Shown: in pieces, positions 62,290-64,000 of the stretch
Position numbering within the stretch: the first letter of the stretch is position 1
Layout: each line of letters begins with the position of its first letter
The notes under the pieces: generated by a model
What the model was told of the DNA's origin: nothing
The model's database searches: none
The model's input: only the letters and a program-made list of their open reading frames with translations
Program-made: the position numbers and the translations under genes
Assembly (NCBI RefSeq): GCF_036321535.1
Contig: NC_087449.1
Span: forward strand, 28,644,001-28,708,000
DNA length: 64,000 bases
Direction of reading: 5' to 3'
Source: Camelus dromedarius
Lineage: Eukaryota

Positions 62290-64000
62290 ATTATTTAATG
62301 AAGCCATTCTTTGGTGCAACATGTCTACCTCAAGGAATTTATCCTTGGGAGATAATTAGACAAACGTTCATTCCAGCATTACTTCTGACAACAAAATATT
62401 AGACACATGTCCAGCATGTAGGGGACTCGGATTTCTCTTGCTACTAAGACTTTTCTCTTTGTTTTTGCCATTCAGCAGTTTGACTATGATATGTGTAGGT
62501 GTGGATCTCTTTGTATTATCTTACTTTGTGGTTCATTCAGCTTCTTGAAGTTTGTAGATTAAGCTTCTAACATGTAAAGTTTGTATGTTTCCACTGATGT
62601 GGGAAAATTTGGGCCAGTATTTTTTTCAAATAGTTCTGCCCTTTCTCTCTTTCCCATGTTGCTTATACACATTCATCACCAAATTCAATCCCTTCCAAGC
62701 CAACTTTGCAAAACAGAGAAGAAATTAAGTGGAAATAATTAGTTATTTCTATCCACTGTGGCTTAGAGATGTGTTGCAAAGTTTTGAAATTTGTTAGTTC
62801 TTGGACCATTTATAATTGCTGCTTTGAAGACCTGTTCTGCTTAATCCAACATCTGGGACACTCAAAGACGGTTTCTACTGACTGCTTTATCCCTCCAAGT
62901 CTGGGTTCTACTTTCCTGCTGCTTTGCTTGTCTCATAATTTTTGAGTTGAAATCTGGACATTTTAGTTACTGTATTTTAGCAACTTTGAATTCTGAATGT
63001 TACTATCGCTGTTACTTTTCGTCTGTCTGGTTGCTTCTTTGTTTAGTAGCCCACGTGAGCTCAACTGTGAGCTCTGCCTCCTCCTCTCTCAGTGTACAGC
63101 ATTGAGCTCTATGCTTGTTTCCTGTTTGTTTTTATTCTTCTTTTTATTTTTAAGTCAAATCCAGCTGCCTTGGCTCTGACTTTCTGCTGTGCCTTTTCCT
63201 GTGACCTATGTGTATGTGCTCAGTCTCAAGATTAGCCAGGAAGTGTGGACACCTGAGCAGTCTCAGCCAGGAACACGCTTATCTCAACCATGACTTGCAG
63301 CCTCAGACTAGTGGAGCCATTGGCTGTCCTCGCTGGCCACCTCAAGGGTCATCACTTCCACTGAAAACACACCTGAGAGTGGGACTCTCCCACCCCTAAA
63401 ATCCAGTGAGCCCATTTCTACCTGGTGGAGAAGCTGCTCGTCTTTGAGGTTTGCCCTATCGTCTGAGAACTTCATGACAACTGAGCCTGGAGGGGTGATG
63501 GGAATGGAGGCATTCCAGGCAAGAATGCAACAGATTCCCACTGTTATGACCCAAAGTTCAGCAGATGTTCAAGCATCAGTGTTTCTCAAATTATTATATG
63601 CTTTTGGTCAATTTCCAGGCTGCTTGAAATGGTTCATTTGTTAATTCTGTCCAGCTTTATAGATGTTTTGAAGGGAGAGAATTTGCCCATCTTCTCACTT
63701 GGCCATTGTTGGAATTCATAATAGACTATGGTATATACAGGCCATAAAATACCACCTAGGCACTGAAAAAGATGACTCCACTCCATACACATTGACTTTC
63801 AGTATTTCCATGATAGTATAAGTGAAAAAGACAGGTTTCCAAAATAAAAAGAAGAGTTGCAACATGTGTGACTATGTGACTGTGTGTCTGTGCATGTGCC
63901 ATGCAGTCATGAATGCCTGGAAAGCCCTTCACCAACGTGTTCATGGTGGTGAGATTTCAGGCAACTTTTATATTTTTTTGTATTTTTCATATAGCTTAAA
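62290..64000 (+). mobile_element. L1ME-type 3' fragment (62290-62428 and about 63715-64000) split by a minus-strand L1
   Basis: aaggaatttatccttgggagataattagac...cagcattac on the left; aaagatgactccactcc...ttccatgatag...ataagtgaaaaag on the right. Confidence 0.55.
62430..63715 (-). mobile_element. Old L1M 5'/ORF1 fragment
   Basis: cagcagtttgactatgatatgtgtaggtgtggatctc, ttataattgctgctttgaag, aatccaacatctggg, gttgaaatctggacattttag. Confidence 0.75.

Noticed and set aside
1-64000. CRISPR arrays, prokaryotic or phage systems, snRNA/snoRNA/miRNA genes
   Set aside because: No regularly spaced repeat-spacer array, no operon-like ORF density, and no RNA gene sequence I could recognise. An Rfam/Infernal scan would be needed to exclude diverged ncRNAs.

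Overview
Repeat-rich mammalian genomic DNA, most likely camelid. The basis is two tRNA-derived Vic-1-type SINEs plus artiodactyl-type L1 3' ends, with no CHR, Bov-A or PRE-1 SINEs seen. I can support no intact protein-coding exon, RNA gene or CRISPR-like array, so the window looks intergenic or deep intronic. The only gene-derived sequence is a near-full-length processed pseudogene of RGP1 (minus strand, about 2609-4154). It has a poly(A) signal and tail, an 11-bp target-site duplication (TSD) and several disabling mutations, and it sits inside an old L1. The rest is MIR, L2, L1, MaLR/ERV LTRs, DNA transposon remnants (a Tigger1 deletion derivative, MER5, MER58), microsatellites and six N runs. 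I found no convincing new biological system. The best leads are an apparently unspliced intron end in the RGP1 retrocopy leader, an unexplained direct repeat 3.8 kb apart (about 120-bp core, 90% identical), a TSD-bounded chimeric L1 insertion, a locally inverted L1 segment with duplicated breakpoints, and a few motif clusters. Repeat families are assigned from remembered consensus sequences and their boundaries are approximate unless a TSD or terminal inverted repeat (TIR) is given.
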